Assembly: GCA_040954595.2 (NCBI GenBank) | Contig: CM082597.2 | Coordinates: 8,897,778-8,961,777 of the forward strand | DNA from: Balanoglossus misakiensis | Taxonomy: Eukaryota; Animalia; Hemichordata | Length of the DNA stretch: 64,000 nucleotides | Direction of reading: 5' to 3' | In this document: positions 14,553-25,400 of the stretch, one piece after another | How positions within the stretch are numbered: position 1 is the stretch's first letter | How the letters are laid out: the number at the start of each line of letters is the position of its first letter | Notes under the pieces: model-generated | What the model saw: only the letters and a program-made list of their open reading frames with translations | Databases searched by the model: none | Told to the model about the DNA's origin: nothing | Made by a program: the position numbers and the translations under genes

Positions 14553-14748
14553 AACAGGAAATTTTCACAAACAAATTTTCGCGAACTATGCAAGAGCCAA
14601 AAAAAAAAAGACATTTTTGCGTAAAAAACTATTTTCAGTGATAACAATGTAGTGAAATACGAGAACATGAAAATTAATCGTCTCATAACAGTTTCTGCTT
14701 TTGATATCGCAAAAAATTTCTTTGTCGCGAAAATTTCCTGTTTTACAG
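14553..14748. mobile_element. ~200-bp TA-flanked MITE family (CTGTAAAAC...GTTTTACAG; Tc1/mariner-type), left end eroded
   Basis: Ends ...AAATTTCCTGTTTTACAG-TA; internal sequence homologous to the copies at 17368, 17807, 18048 and 22220. Confidence 0.7.
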
Positions 14749-14941
14749 TAATCAATGAAAAATAAAATTACGAAAATCATGAAATTTCTGACAGCCATAG
14801 ATTTGCATGGCATGAACTGTATGTCCTATCAGCATGTAGTTTAGGTGACATTTATGATAAATAGTCAAATTACTGGAGTGATCGATTACGGTACCTCATA
14901 AGCAGACAACCACATGAAGACCAATCTTGATGTGAACTTAC

Positions 14942-15124
14942 CAATGCATGATGGTATTGCACTATTCCACTGTAAATCGGATTGACAAGTCAGGTAATCA
15001 GCACCATTTAATTCATAGCCAGCATTACAATAGAATGTGATGTTACTGCCCATATAATATGGTCCACTATCAGGGACAGCTTGTAGATGTGGGTCTGTTA
15101 TGAGTATATCACTGCAGTTCAATC
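14942..15124 (-). CDS. Exon: sushi/CCP domain 4 (LNCSDILITDPHLQAVPDSGPYYMGSNITFYCNAGYELNGADYLTCQSDLQWNSAIPSCI)
   Basis: cag acceptor, gtaagt donor, 183 nt, phase 1-1; C-C-C-W-C sushi pattern. Confidence 0.92.
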
Positions 15125-15434
15125 CTGCAAGTAAAAAAAATAAAACACTATGTGGATGCAGACTTGATTGTGGTATATATATTGGGTATCTGTATTCTGT
15201 CACAACTTTAACATTTTCACCCCAAGTTCCCACTATAAAAGTCCAGATACCATTGACTCCTTTTTTTCAATTATCGACTAAATTCATGACTCTGTATTTC
15301 AAAAACAAGCGTGGTGACCCCTATATTTTATCACAAATTTTCATTATACATACATAGGATAATCCAAAAATTAACAATTAAAAGAAATGACCATATTTTC
15401 AATTTTACTGAATGTACATCCTTAAATGACTTAC

Positions 15435-15617
15435 GTTGACAGTATCCTGGATCTCCAATCCATGATCCATCTTCACCACATGTAGAGACAGTGTAGCCAG
15501 TCAGACTGTAGCCAGATGGACATGAGTAGGCAACGGTTGTTCCAAAAATCAATGAATCACCATTAACAATTTCATATGATAAGTAGTTGTCTACATTCGG
15601 TGGTGGACACTCGCGAG
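15435..15617 (-). CDS. Exon: sushi/CCP domain 3 (RECPPPNVDNYLSYEIVNGDSLIFGTTVAYSCPSGYSLTGYTVSTCGEDGSWIGDPGYCQ)
   Basis: cag acceptor, gtaagt donor, 183 nt, phase 1-1. Confidence 0.92.
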
Positions 15618-15918
15618 CTGTTTGGATAAGATGAACAGATAACATTACAAGTGTGTTAATACTAGGAAAATGGTTTAAAGGGACATGTAGCAGTAACCCT
15701 CACAATCCTGCATATTTTCAAGTTACCAGTGTCTGGTTTAACATTCAGTGTGTAATGTCCCAATTAGACACCCATGTGGAATGTAGCAACCAGCACAAAG
15801 TGCCCCATCATAACGCTATGGAGAGAATTTCAACTTGAGTCAGTGATTTTTATGAAAACATGACAGTGAACACCCTGTGTTATACTTTGTTTTCAAAACG
15901 ACTCATCACACACTTTAA

Positions 15919-16218
15919 AGCCTCTAGAGCTGCCAAATTTCACAATTTTTTTCTTTTCCACAGTAAAACCTTTCAAATCTATGGTGATGCATACCACGAT
16001 AGCTAGCTGCATACTGTTTGTATGGAGGCTGATTTTAATAAAATGGGTACGGCACCTGTTTAATACATTGCACGTTTAAATTGCAACATACAGCCACAAT
16101 CAGGCATTGATGACATGTTCTTGTATCCCTATCAGTAAGCTTAATTATTTCAATGTACCAATCTACGTCGGAAAATAAAATCTGAAAATAAATGCAAAAA
16201 GTGGCAGCTCTAGTGGCT
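15919..16218. mobile_element. 300-bp TTAA-flanked MITE
   Basis: TTAA at 15915-15918 and 16219-16222; TIRs AGCCTCTAGAGCTGCCA / TGGCAGCTCTAGTGGCT. Confidence 0.8.
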
Positions 16219-16321
16219 TTAAAGCACTGAAAGGTTCAGAGGACTAACATTTTTCTGAAAATCCGTCTCCTAAGTGTGCACTACAATGGCAGTTTAATTG
16301 TTTTCAAAAATCTCAACTTAC

Positions 16322-16501
16322 GCTCGCATTGGGGCACAAGTGGACCCCAGACACCATCTGCTTGGCATTCCAATGAAGACACATTATTTATAAACTGATA
16401 GCCCTCAATGCATTGATAATAAGCAATGCCACCATACACTGTACTGGTAACATTGGTAAGAATTCCATTGCTGCACTCAGGGGGTCCACCACATGTTATT
16501 C
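16322..16501 (-). CDS. Exon: sushi/CCP domain 2 (ITCGGPPECSNGILTNVTSTVYGGIAYYQCIEGYQFINNVSSLECQADGVWGPLVPQCE)
   Basis: tag acceptor, gtaagt donor, 180 nt, phase 1-1; not in the ORF track. Confidence 0.9.
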
Positions 16502-16746
16502 CTAAAAAATAAACAACAAATTAGTGTCATTCAAGTTGTTGCTAACAATAGATTCAAGAGACAAATTAAGTCTCTCTCATCACTGCACTTTTTTCATTAA
16601 TTATCTTGGATACAAGACACCAGGCTAGGCATATTTGCATAGCTGGTACGACTTATACACGGCGAAAATGTTTTTTTTTTCCTGAAAGAGTGACCTCAAA
16701 GCTACAAAATTATGTAGATATCAGCTAGACCGGACATCCCCTTTAA

Positions 16747-16847
16747 CTACTGGATAACCGTCCGAGCATTGGAATGAGACAGAGACATCATACCTTCTAT
16801 CTCTGTACTGGTCACCACGCCCTCACTAATCACAATTTCGGGACAGT
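16747..16847 (-). pseudogene. Broken exon: 5' half of sushi/CCP domain 1 (DCPEIVISEGVVTST / frameshift / DRRYDVSVSFQCSDGYPVV), cut by a MITE end
   Basis: cag acceptor at 16848-16850. Sushi residues continue only after a frame change near 16800, then run into TTAAAGGGGATGTCCGG (the 13006 MITE family). The second half of the domain is absent. Confidence 0.75.
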
Positions 16848-16922
16848 CTGTCAGAACAAGGATCACAATGATAAGAATGCATGCAGACAAATACTTAAAC
16901 TCATAAATGTCAGTTGTTTTAA

Positions 16923-17146
16923 AGTGAAGGGGTCGTCGCAATGCGTTTGTTTATAAACATTACAATTCATCCACAAATCCCTCAAATAAGATAATTCTTA
17001 GAATGAACGAAGCAGCTGACAGTATCCTAGACTGTCCATGACAGCAACTGAAGATCCTAGTAGGTCGTGGCTGTCTAATTTCAGGGATTTGTGGATGAAT
17101 TGCAATGTTTATAAACAAACAAACGCAGTGCGACGACCCCATCACT
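16923..17146. mobile_element. Palindromic MITE with ~70-bp TIRs
   Basis: AGTGAAGGGGTCGTCGCAATGCGTTTGTTTATAAACATT...AATGTTTATAAACAAACAAACGCAGTGCGACGACCCCATCACT; flanked by TTAA and TTAT. Confidence 0.8.
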
Positions 17147-17367
17147 TTATTGAGTGTGATACAAGAGTGTTGCCATTCCTGTCAATGGTCCAAAATTGCA
17201 TTGCAATTGTAAGAAATTACTGTCTCTGTTTTTCCAGCTCTTTGAAGTTTCGTAAAAATTCAAAAACATTTGCACCTTTCAATTAATGACTCTAAATCAC
17301 AAGGAATAAAGGGAGAGTGTGTTTCTAAGAATTCTGTAACAACTTTTTCTGAAATGTTAGTAAGTTA

Positions 17368-17574
17368 CTGTAAAACACTTTATTTTCGCGAGCAAGAGAT
17401 TTTCGCGAAATACGCGAGAGCCAAAATAGCGTGAAAATAAAAAGTTGCGTAATTTTTTTGAAGATAAAGATGCAATAAATGAAATAAGAGAACGCGAAAA
17501 TTAATACTGGCGAAACAGTGGCCTCTCTCGATGTCGCGAAAAATTTCAACTCGTGAAAATAAAGTGTTTTACAG
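17368..17574. mobile_element. TA-flanked MITE (Tc1/mariner-type)
   Basis: TA-CTGTAAAACACTTTATTTTC ... GAAAATAAAGTGTTTTACAG-TA. Confidence 0.85.
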
Positions 17575-17583
17575 TATGTGTAC

Positions 17584-17767
17584 CTGGTGAAAATGAAGCC
17601 CTGAATCCTTTAGCTGGTCGTGTTCTACTACTCCTGAACACAACCGAAAAGTGTCCAATGTCTGTACGGCAATCGGGTGGTGGCACAGTGCCATCAATGA
17701 CTCCATCAGAATTGCCACTCCATGGACCAATAATGACATCATCATCACTCTCAGTACCATTGTATAC
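17584..17767 (-). CDS. Exon: C-terminal half of CUB3 (VYNGTESDDDVIIGPWSGNSDGVIDGTVPPPDCRTDIGHFSVVFRSSRTRPAKGFRASFSP)
   Basis: aag acceptor, gtacac donor, 184 nt, phase 0-1; CUB end motif F.S.....KGF.A.F. Confidence 0.88.
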
Positions 17768-17806
17768 CTTCAGAAACAAAGACAAATTAAGCATGCATTG
17801 TAAATA

Positions 17807-18253
17807 CCGTAAAACGGGAAATCTTCACAACAGGAAATTTTCGCGATATCAAAGGTGGCTACTGTTACGCGACAATTAATTTTCACATTGGCATATTTTA
17901 CTGCATTGTTATCTCTGAAGCATTTTAAGCGACTTTTTATTTTCATATTTTTTGGCTCTCACATAGTTTACGAAAATTTATCGTTCACGAAAATTTTATA
18001 GTATTCAATCCTTGTTGCATTTCCTGCTGTAACAGCTACTCAACATACTGTAAAATGGGAAATGTTCGCAAACAATAAATTTTCGCGATCTACGTGAGAG
18101 CCATCAAAACATGAAAATAAAAAGTTGCGTAAAAATGTTTTTCGGGGATAATGATGCAGTGAAATACAAGAACGTGAAAAGTTATTGTTGCATAACACTT
18201 GCCTCTTTTGATAACGCGAAAATTTCATGTTGCAAAAGTATCCCGTTTTACAG
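17807..18253. mobile_element. Two adjacent TA-flanked MITEs (17807-18001 and 18048-18253) of the CTGTAAAA family
   Basis: TA-CCGTAAAACGGGAAA...TTTTATAG-TA and TA-CTGTAAAATGGGA...TCCCGTTTTACAG-TA. Confidence 0.8.
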
Positions 18254-18420
18254 TATATATGTGATTAATTAAATTTCCAAATTGTGTTCCAAAGTTGTAT
18301 AGTTTGAAGTAATGTCTGCCAAAATTGTCAAACTAAAATCACTGCAAAATAATATGACAAATTTTTTAATATGACAAATATTTTTAACATGGCTGACTCA
18401 TGATCATATCTGATACTCAC

Positions 18421-18605
18421 AATGATGTAATCAACATCTGTGTTCCTCTCTAATCCAAAGTTCTCATCAAAGATAAGAGTTAATGGTCTTCCAGTTGGTT
18501 CCTTGATTAACCAGCTACACATAACATCATCAGGGTAAGTGCTAACATCATACCCTGGTGACTGAATCGTGCCAAAACTACGCAGAATTTCAATTCCCTG
18601 GCAAC
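18421..18605 (-). CDS. Exon: N-terminal half of CUB3 (GCQGIEILRSFGTIQSPGYDVSTYPDDVMCSWLIKEPTGRPLTLIFDENFGLERNTDVDYII); the only complete copy
   Basis: aag acceptor, gtgagt donor, 185 nt, phase 1-0; GTIQSPGY..YP....CSW motif. Truncated copies at 22589-22695, 26679-26785 and 30769-30875. Confidence 0.9.
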
Positions 18606-18613
18606 CTTTAAAG

Positions 18614-19363
18614 AAACAAGTGACCTATCGGTCAAAAGAGCTCTGCTGACTTTAACAGTGAAACCTATAGCTGGGCAATGATATGAATACCCTAGGTTTT
18701 AATCATAACAATTGTATTCTATTAAACAAAACCAAACATAGACATCACAAGTATTTAATATCCACATTCAGCCTGATTCATTGTGCTAAAGAAAGAAAGA
18801 ATTTATTCCTAAAGAACAACATCAAAAGGAAGTACCAAGGTACTAATTTGCATATTCATGACCCGATCAAAATTCCAATAAAACAAAATCAGGTAGGGGC
18901 ACCATAACACACATTCTACCAAATTTCAGCTCCATCGTACATGTAGTTAGGGAGAAGAAGATTTTTTACCAAAAATTATATTTTTAGATCTAATTTGCAT
19001 ATTCATGACCCGATCATATCCAAATTTATGAAATCAGGTAGGGGCACCATAACACACATTCCTGCCAAATTTCAGCTCCATCGTACATGTAGTTAGGGAG
19101 AAGAAAATGTTTGACCAACATTCTATTTTTAGATCTAATTTGCATATTTATGACCCCATCAAATCCAAATTTACAAAATCAGGTAGGGGCACCATAACAC
19201 ACATTCCTACCAAATTATAGCTAAATATGCAATGTCGTTTTAACGAAGAAGATTGAAATACCGAAAGTTGACGGACGACGGACAACGGACGCCGGACGAC
19301 AGACGGACACTTATCAACCTACTGCTACAGCTTGGCTGACACAAGTGACAGCCAAGCTAAAAA
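18614..19363 (+). mobile_element. Helentron-associated non-autonomous element (HINE/DINE-1/pearl-like); copies at +4090, +8180 and +12270
   Basis: Starts AAACAAG..AGCTCTGCTGAC; three ~145-bp core repeats (CTAATTTGCATATT..AAATCAGGTAGGGGCACCATAACACACATT); GACG/ACGG microsatellite at ~19270-19309; terminal hairpin AGCTTGGCTGAC..GTGACAGCCAAGCT-AAAAA. Confidence 0.8.
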
Positions 19364-20118
19364 TACCAAACAAGGAATAATGAATTCAATCCACAGGTTT
19401 GGTGTAATCCTGGCTGCCTTTTATTTTGTGCTAGGGGATCAAATCACATAATAATTGCCTTCTGGATAAAAAGTCGTACGCGACAGAAGAAATGACTGTT
19501 AACTGTATATGACTTCCTTAGGTCAAACCTTTCTGTCGTTATACATGTAGTTATCAAATTAAACTCATTTAACTTTTTTCACATTTTGTTATTTTTTCTG
19601 TTAAAAAGTTCCATAATGACCCAGTATCAGATTAGCTTATATTATAAACTTCCAGAAAGAATGGCAAAAGAAGATAGATCTGTGATCCTTACAATTCTTA
19701 CTGGGTTGAAATTCTTTGGGAATGATTTTAAGTGATTTAAAGGGACAATATAAGGACACCTTTAGCATTGATGAGGTAATATAAGAATACATCTGATAAA
19801 GAATATTTTCACATCCCAATAAACCAAAATCCAAAACAACTGGAAGAGCCGTTTCTGACATAAGTGGACTTTTGGACCAAAAATGTCTAAAACTACCCAC
19901 CCCCCTCCTCCCCAGTATTGATATTTGTCACATGTTTATGTACACCATAATAACAAATATTGTAGGTCCTTGTAAACCAAATTTTAAGAAATCGGAAAAG
20001 TGACTACTGAGAATTGACCAGAAATGACAAAAATAAAATGTATTTTTAAAAATATAATTACTAATTTTTGTCATGCTGTAAAACAACTCACACGATTAAT
20101 TGCATCTGAATCCACTAC

Positions 20119-20454
20119 CTGTAAAGTGACAACAAATTCTGTTGTGAATGATGCCAGCTGTCAGTTACAATCTTCATTGTTGAGATAATTCTTGCCTTCA
20201 AAATATTCTGTACTGCTGAGATTCTGTTTATATGACTGTGCTATGAAATTCCCACCACACAAAGATGCTTCAAAGCCAGTAGCAGTATGCGAACTATCTG
20301 AGAGAAATTTCACCAACATTGCATTACCACTGCTAATAACTTCATCAGGCTGGTCCGGTCCACTGTATGTGGCAAGAACTTTGGATGGGTCAAACACAGA
20401 CACCTCGACAATGACAACAGTATCATGATAAAGTTCAGTGTCAAAATGTAGAAA
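20119..20454 (-). pseudogene. Exon: CUB1 C-half plus CUB2 N-half with an in-frame TGA; copies at 24209-24544, 28299-28634 and 32389-32724
   Basis: cag acceptor, gtagt donor, 336 nt, phase 0-0. Reads FLHFDTELYHDTV...KFLSDSSHTATGFEAS-LCGG...NYLNNEDCN*QLASFTTEFVVTLQ. The TGA (20161-20163) replaces the CUB C-x-W tryptophan in all four copies. Confidence 0.88.
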
Positions 20455-20820
20455 CTGAAAAGAATAAAAAAATGTCACAACACACATCATAAATAGTGAG
20501 CTGTCTCAAGCCAATATACATGAAAATAAACACAGTTTCATGACTTAAGCCCCATTAGCTGTAACTTTTTGCATTTTTCAGTATTTCTATTCTGTGTATC
20601 AATTATAGTTTCTTGTTCAGCTACGCAGGGCAGAGTTAAATCCATAGTCTTAACTTCTCAACGAAACCTATGAGGGCACAATCGGCATTGTTGTTGTTTG
20701 AAAACATTCGTAAATAATAACAACAGTCAGTACACATACACATGACTCGTTGACAAGCAGAGAGCTGGGTGTGATGGGTTACTCATGAGGAGAGGAACAA
20801 GAAAAAGTGTTTAATTTAAA

Positions 20821-21475
20821 TAATAACACATGATAGCGAGGGCAATATCACGATTTGAAGCCTGCATGAGGGATGGTGATCTCTGACCATAATATTGATG
20901 ATGCCCGAGCCGCAGGCGAGGGTATCATCAATATTTTGGTCAGAGATCACCAGCCCGAGGGCAGGCTTCAAATCGTGATGTTGCCCGAGCATAATGTGTT
21001 ATTAATTTTATTACGCCGAACATTTGAACGTACATACACTGCAGCATGTAGCATGTAGACTCGCGTCCATATGTCGTACGTTGCTGAGAATGTAAAATGT
21101 CTCGATCTCCCAAGAATTATACGATACCTACTTCGAACTTAGATTATTTTGAAAATACTGCGCTGTTGGTTGCGATTTTGGTGTATTTACTGCCCGTTTG
21201 CAGTAAAATATCATCCAGTAGAACAGGTGTTAAGCCTGTGTGTCGCTTTGAAGCCATATAGATGCGGGAGTTGACTGATCGTGAAGGAAGCCATTGAACG
21301 ACAGTTTGGAACGCGCAGAAGTCGTGCCCAGAACACCAAAACAACCAAGCGGGCAATATCAGCGCACGCGACAGGGCTTTATCAACTCTAGCCATGTTAT
21401 ATCACTTTTTTTTCTATATCACGTGAGCGCGTCTCAGCCAATCACGAAAACGGTATAATACGTGAGGTGTAATAA
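20821..21475 (+). mobile_element. Non-coding hairpin-ended element (Crypton-like non-autonomous architecture, tentative); copies start 24911, 29001, 33091
   Basis: 184-bp imperfect palindrome at 20821-21004, then TTATTACGCC (21008-21017), inverted relative to the terminal GGTGTAATAA (21466-21475); AGCCAATCA near the end. Confidence 0.65.
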
Positions 21476-21781
21476 ACACAAAACAAAATTACTGATAAAC
21501 TAGCCTGAAGTTATAGATAATGGCCCTTTAATTCAAAAGTTTACCAAAAATCATGTTTGTTATAAGGAAGAAAAAAATCAAATTATTTTTTTTTTAGTTG
21601 AAATGAATTTAAATCTAATACATGTGTCTGGTTTTTTTTTTAAAAGTGTTTGTATGTCGAATGGACGGGAAAAGGTGTTTTGTATAGGCAGGTTTCCAGA
21701 TTAGACAGAGTTAGTGGTTTATGCAAGTTTTACTGTAAAAAATAACTGGTTTTGGAATTTGACAGTTTACAAGTGAGCACT

Positions 21782-21906
21782 TATTCTGGATGTTGCAGGT
21801 CCCTGGATTGTCCAAATACATTCTTGTAGAATGTAATAATTATCATCTGGGTATCCAGTGCTGTGAAAGGTCCCCGATTCACCAGTTTCCAAACCACCAC
21901 ATGTTC
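21782..21906 (-). pseudogene. Exon: CUB1 N-half lacking its donor (GTCGGLETGESGTFHSTGYPDDNYYILQECIWTIQGPATSRI); copies at 25872-25996, 29962-30086 and 34052-34176
   Basis: cag acceptor; CUB start motif CGG....G.F.S.GYP..Y....C.W.I; the frame runs into SAHL* with no in-phase GT donor. Confidence 0.82.
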
Positions 21907-22219
21907 CTGAATATCATTAAAATAAAAAGAAAGAGTATGTTTGTGTGATGAATGGTCATAAAGATTCAGCTCATCAAGTTGACGAAATTTCATTGATGAT
22001 AAAATTACTTCACCAACAGTGAGTATCCAATGTACATGTATAAAACAATGTTTGTATTAGTATAAATCAAATGTAAAAATTTTGAAACGACATTTATCAC
22101 ACCCGAAAATTCCAAGAACCGCATATTATGATTCTCTAAGCTCAAACTATCAGTGTGACAGATGCCAGATTCTTAAAATACTTGGCCCAGTTTTGTTTCT
22201 GATTTATATTTATGACATA

Positions 22220-22410
22220 CTGTAAAACAGGAAATTTTTCATGATATCAAAAGTGGCAACTGTTATGCGATGATTGATTTTCGCATTCTCATATTTCACG
22301 GCATTGCTATCTTCGAAAAACATTTTTACACAACTTGTTTATTTTCGCGTTTTTTTGGCTCTCGCATAGTTCGCAAAAATGTATCGCTCGCGAAAATTTC
22401 CTGTTTACAG
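22220..22410. mobile_element. TA-flanked MITE; copies at 26310-26500, 30400-30590 and 34490-34680
   Basis: TA-CTGTAAAACAGGAAATTTT ... AAAATTTCCTGTTTACAG-TA. Confidence 0.85.
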
Positions 22411-25400
22411 TACAAAATTCTTTGAGGATCAGACTTTCTGCTGACAGTTCAAAAGTAGTCTTTAGTTGCAAAGGAGATGATCATACAAATAACCATACAA
22501 TTAATGAGTGGAATTATCTAGCGACAACTGGCCTCAATTTTGAATTTCAAATATAACACCATTCTGCACCCAAGGAGACATCACATGATTCCTTGATTAA
22601 CCAGCTACACATAACATCATCAGGGTAAGTGCTAACATCATACCCTGGTGACTGAATCGTGCCAAAACTACGCAGAATTTCAATTCCCTGGCAACCTTTA
22701 AAGAAACAAGTGACCTATCGGTCAAAAGAGCTCTGCTGACTTTAACAGTGAAACCTATAGCTGGGCAATGATATGAATACCCTAGGTTTTAATCATAACA
22801 ATTGTATTCTATTAAACAAAACCAAACATAGACATCACAAGTATTTAATATCCACATTCAGCCTGATTCATTGTGCTAAAGAAAGAAAGAATTTATTCCT
22901 AAAGAACAACATCAAAAGGAAGTACCAAGGTACTAATTTGCATATTCATGACCCGATCAAAATTCCAATAAAACAAAATCAGGTAGGGGCACCATAACAC
23001 ACATTCTACCAAATTTCAGCTCCATCGTACATGTAGTTAGGGAGAAGAAGATTTTTTACCAAAAATTATATTTTTAGATCTAATTTGCATATTCATGACC
23101 CGATCATATCCAAATTTATGAAATCAGGTAGGGGCACCATAACACACATTCCTGCCAAATTTCAGCTCCATCGTACATGTAGTTAGGGAGAAGAAACTGT
23201 TTGACCAACATTCTATTTTTAGATCTAATTTGCATATTTATGACCCCATCAAATCCAAATTTACAAAATCAGGTAGGGGCACCATAACACACATTCCTAC
23301 CAAATTATAGCTAAATATGCAATGTCGTTTTAACGAAGAAGATTGAAATACCGAAAGTTGACGGACGACGGACAACGGACGCCGGACGACAGACGGACAC
23401 TTATCAACCTACTGCTACAGCTTGGCTGACACAAGTGACAGCCAAGCTAAAAATACCAAACAAGGAATAATGAATTCAATCCACAGGTTTGGTGTAATCC
23501 TGGCTGCCTTTTATTTTGTGCTAGGGGATCAAATCACATAATAATTGCCTTCTGGATAAAAAGTCGTACGCGACAGAAGAAATGACTGTTAACTGTATAT
23601 GACTTCCTTAGGTCAAACCTTTCTGTCGTTATACATGTAGTTATCAAATTAAACTCATTTAACTTTTTTCACATTTTGTTATTTTTTCTGTTAAAAAGTT
23701 CCATAATGACCCAGTATCAGATTAGCTTATATTATAAACTTCCAGAAAGAATGGCAAAAGAAGATAGATCTGTGATCCTTACAATTCTTACTGGGTTGAA
23801 ATTCTTTGGGAATGATTTTAAGTGATTTAAAGGGACAATATAAGGACACCTTTAGCATTGATGAGGTAATATAAGAATACATCTGATAAAGAATATTTTC
23901 ACATCCCAATAAACCAAAATCCAAAACAACTGGAAGAGCCGTTTCTGACATAAGTGGACTTTTGGACCAAAAATGTCTAAAACTACCCACCCCCCTCCTC
24001 CCCAGTATTGATATTTGTCACATGTTTATGTACACCATAATAACAAATATTGTAGGTCCTTGTAAACCAAATTTTAAGAAATCGGAAAAGTGACTACTGA
24101 GAATTGACCAGAAATGACAAAAATAAAATGTATTTTTAAAAATATAATTACTAATTTTTGTCATGCTGTAAAACAACTCACACGATTAATTGCATCTGAA
24201 TCCACTACCTGTAAAGTGACAACAAATTCTGTTGTGAATGATGCCAGCTGTCAGTTACAATCTTCATTGTTGAGATAATTCTTGCCTTCAAAATATTCTG
24301 TACTGCTGAGATTCTGTTTATATGACTGTGCTATGAAATTCCCACCACACAAAGATGCTTCAAAGCCAGTAGCAGTATGCGAACTATCTGAGAGAAATTT
24401 CACCAACATTGCATTACCACTGCTAATAACTTCATCAGGCTGGTCCGGTCCACTGTATGTGGCAAGAACTTTGGATGGGTCAAACACAGACACCTCGACA
24501 ATGACAACAGTATCATGATAAAGTTCAGTGTCAAAATGTAGAAACTGAAAAGAATAAAAAAATGTCACAACACACATCATAAATAGTGAGCTGTCTCAAG
24601 CCAATATACATGAAAATAAACACAGTTTCATGACTTAAGCCCCATTAGCTGTAACTTTTTGCATTTTTCAGTATTTCTATTCTGTGTATCAATTATAGTT
24701 TCTTGTTCAGCTACGCAGGGCAGAGTTAAATCCATAGTCTTAACTTCTCAACGAAACCTATGAGGGCACAATCGGCATTGTTGTTGTTTGAAAACATTCG
24801 TAAATAATAACAACAGTCAGTACACATACACATGACTCGTTGACAAGCAGAGAGCTGGGTGTGATGGGTTACTCATGAGGAGAGGAACAAGAAAAAGTGT
24901 TTAATTTAAATAATAACACATGATAGCGAGGGCAATATCACGATTTGAAGCCTGCATGAGGGATGGTGATCTCTGACCATAATATTGATGATGCCCGAGC
25001 CGCAGGCGAGGGTATCATCAATATTTTGGTCAGAGATCACCAGCCCGAGGGCAGGCTTCAAATCGTGATGTTGCCCGAGCATAATGTGTTATTAATTTTA
25101 TTACGCCGAACATTTGAACGTACATACACTGCAGCATGTAGCATGTAGACTCGCGTCCATATGTCGTACGTTGCTGAGAATGTAAAATGTCTCGATCTCC
25201 CAAGAATTATACGATACCTACTTCGAACTTAGATTATTTTGAAAATACTGCGCTGTTGGTTGCGATTTTGGTGTATTTACTGCCCGTTTGCAGTAAAATA
25301 TCATCCAGTAGAACAGGTGTTAAGCCTGTGTGTCGCTTTGAAGCCATATAGATGCGGGAGTTGACTGATCGTGAAGGAAGCCATTGAACGACAGTTTGGA

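Noticed and set aside
20161-20163. In-frame TGA as selenocysteine or programmed readthrough
   Set aside because: It sits at a conserved Trp (TGG to TGA is one transition) and the gene has other independent lesions.
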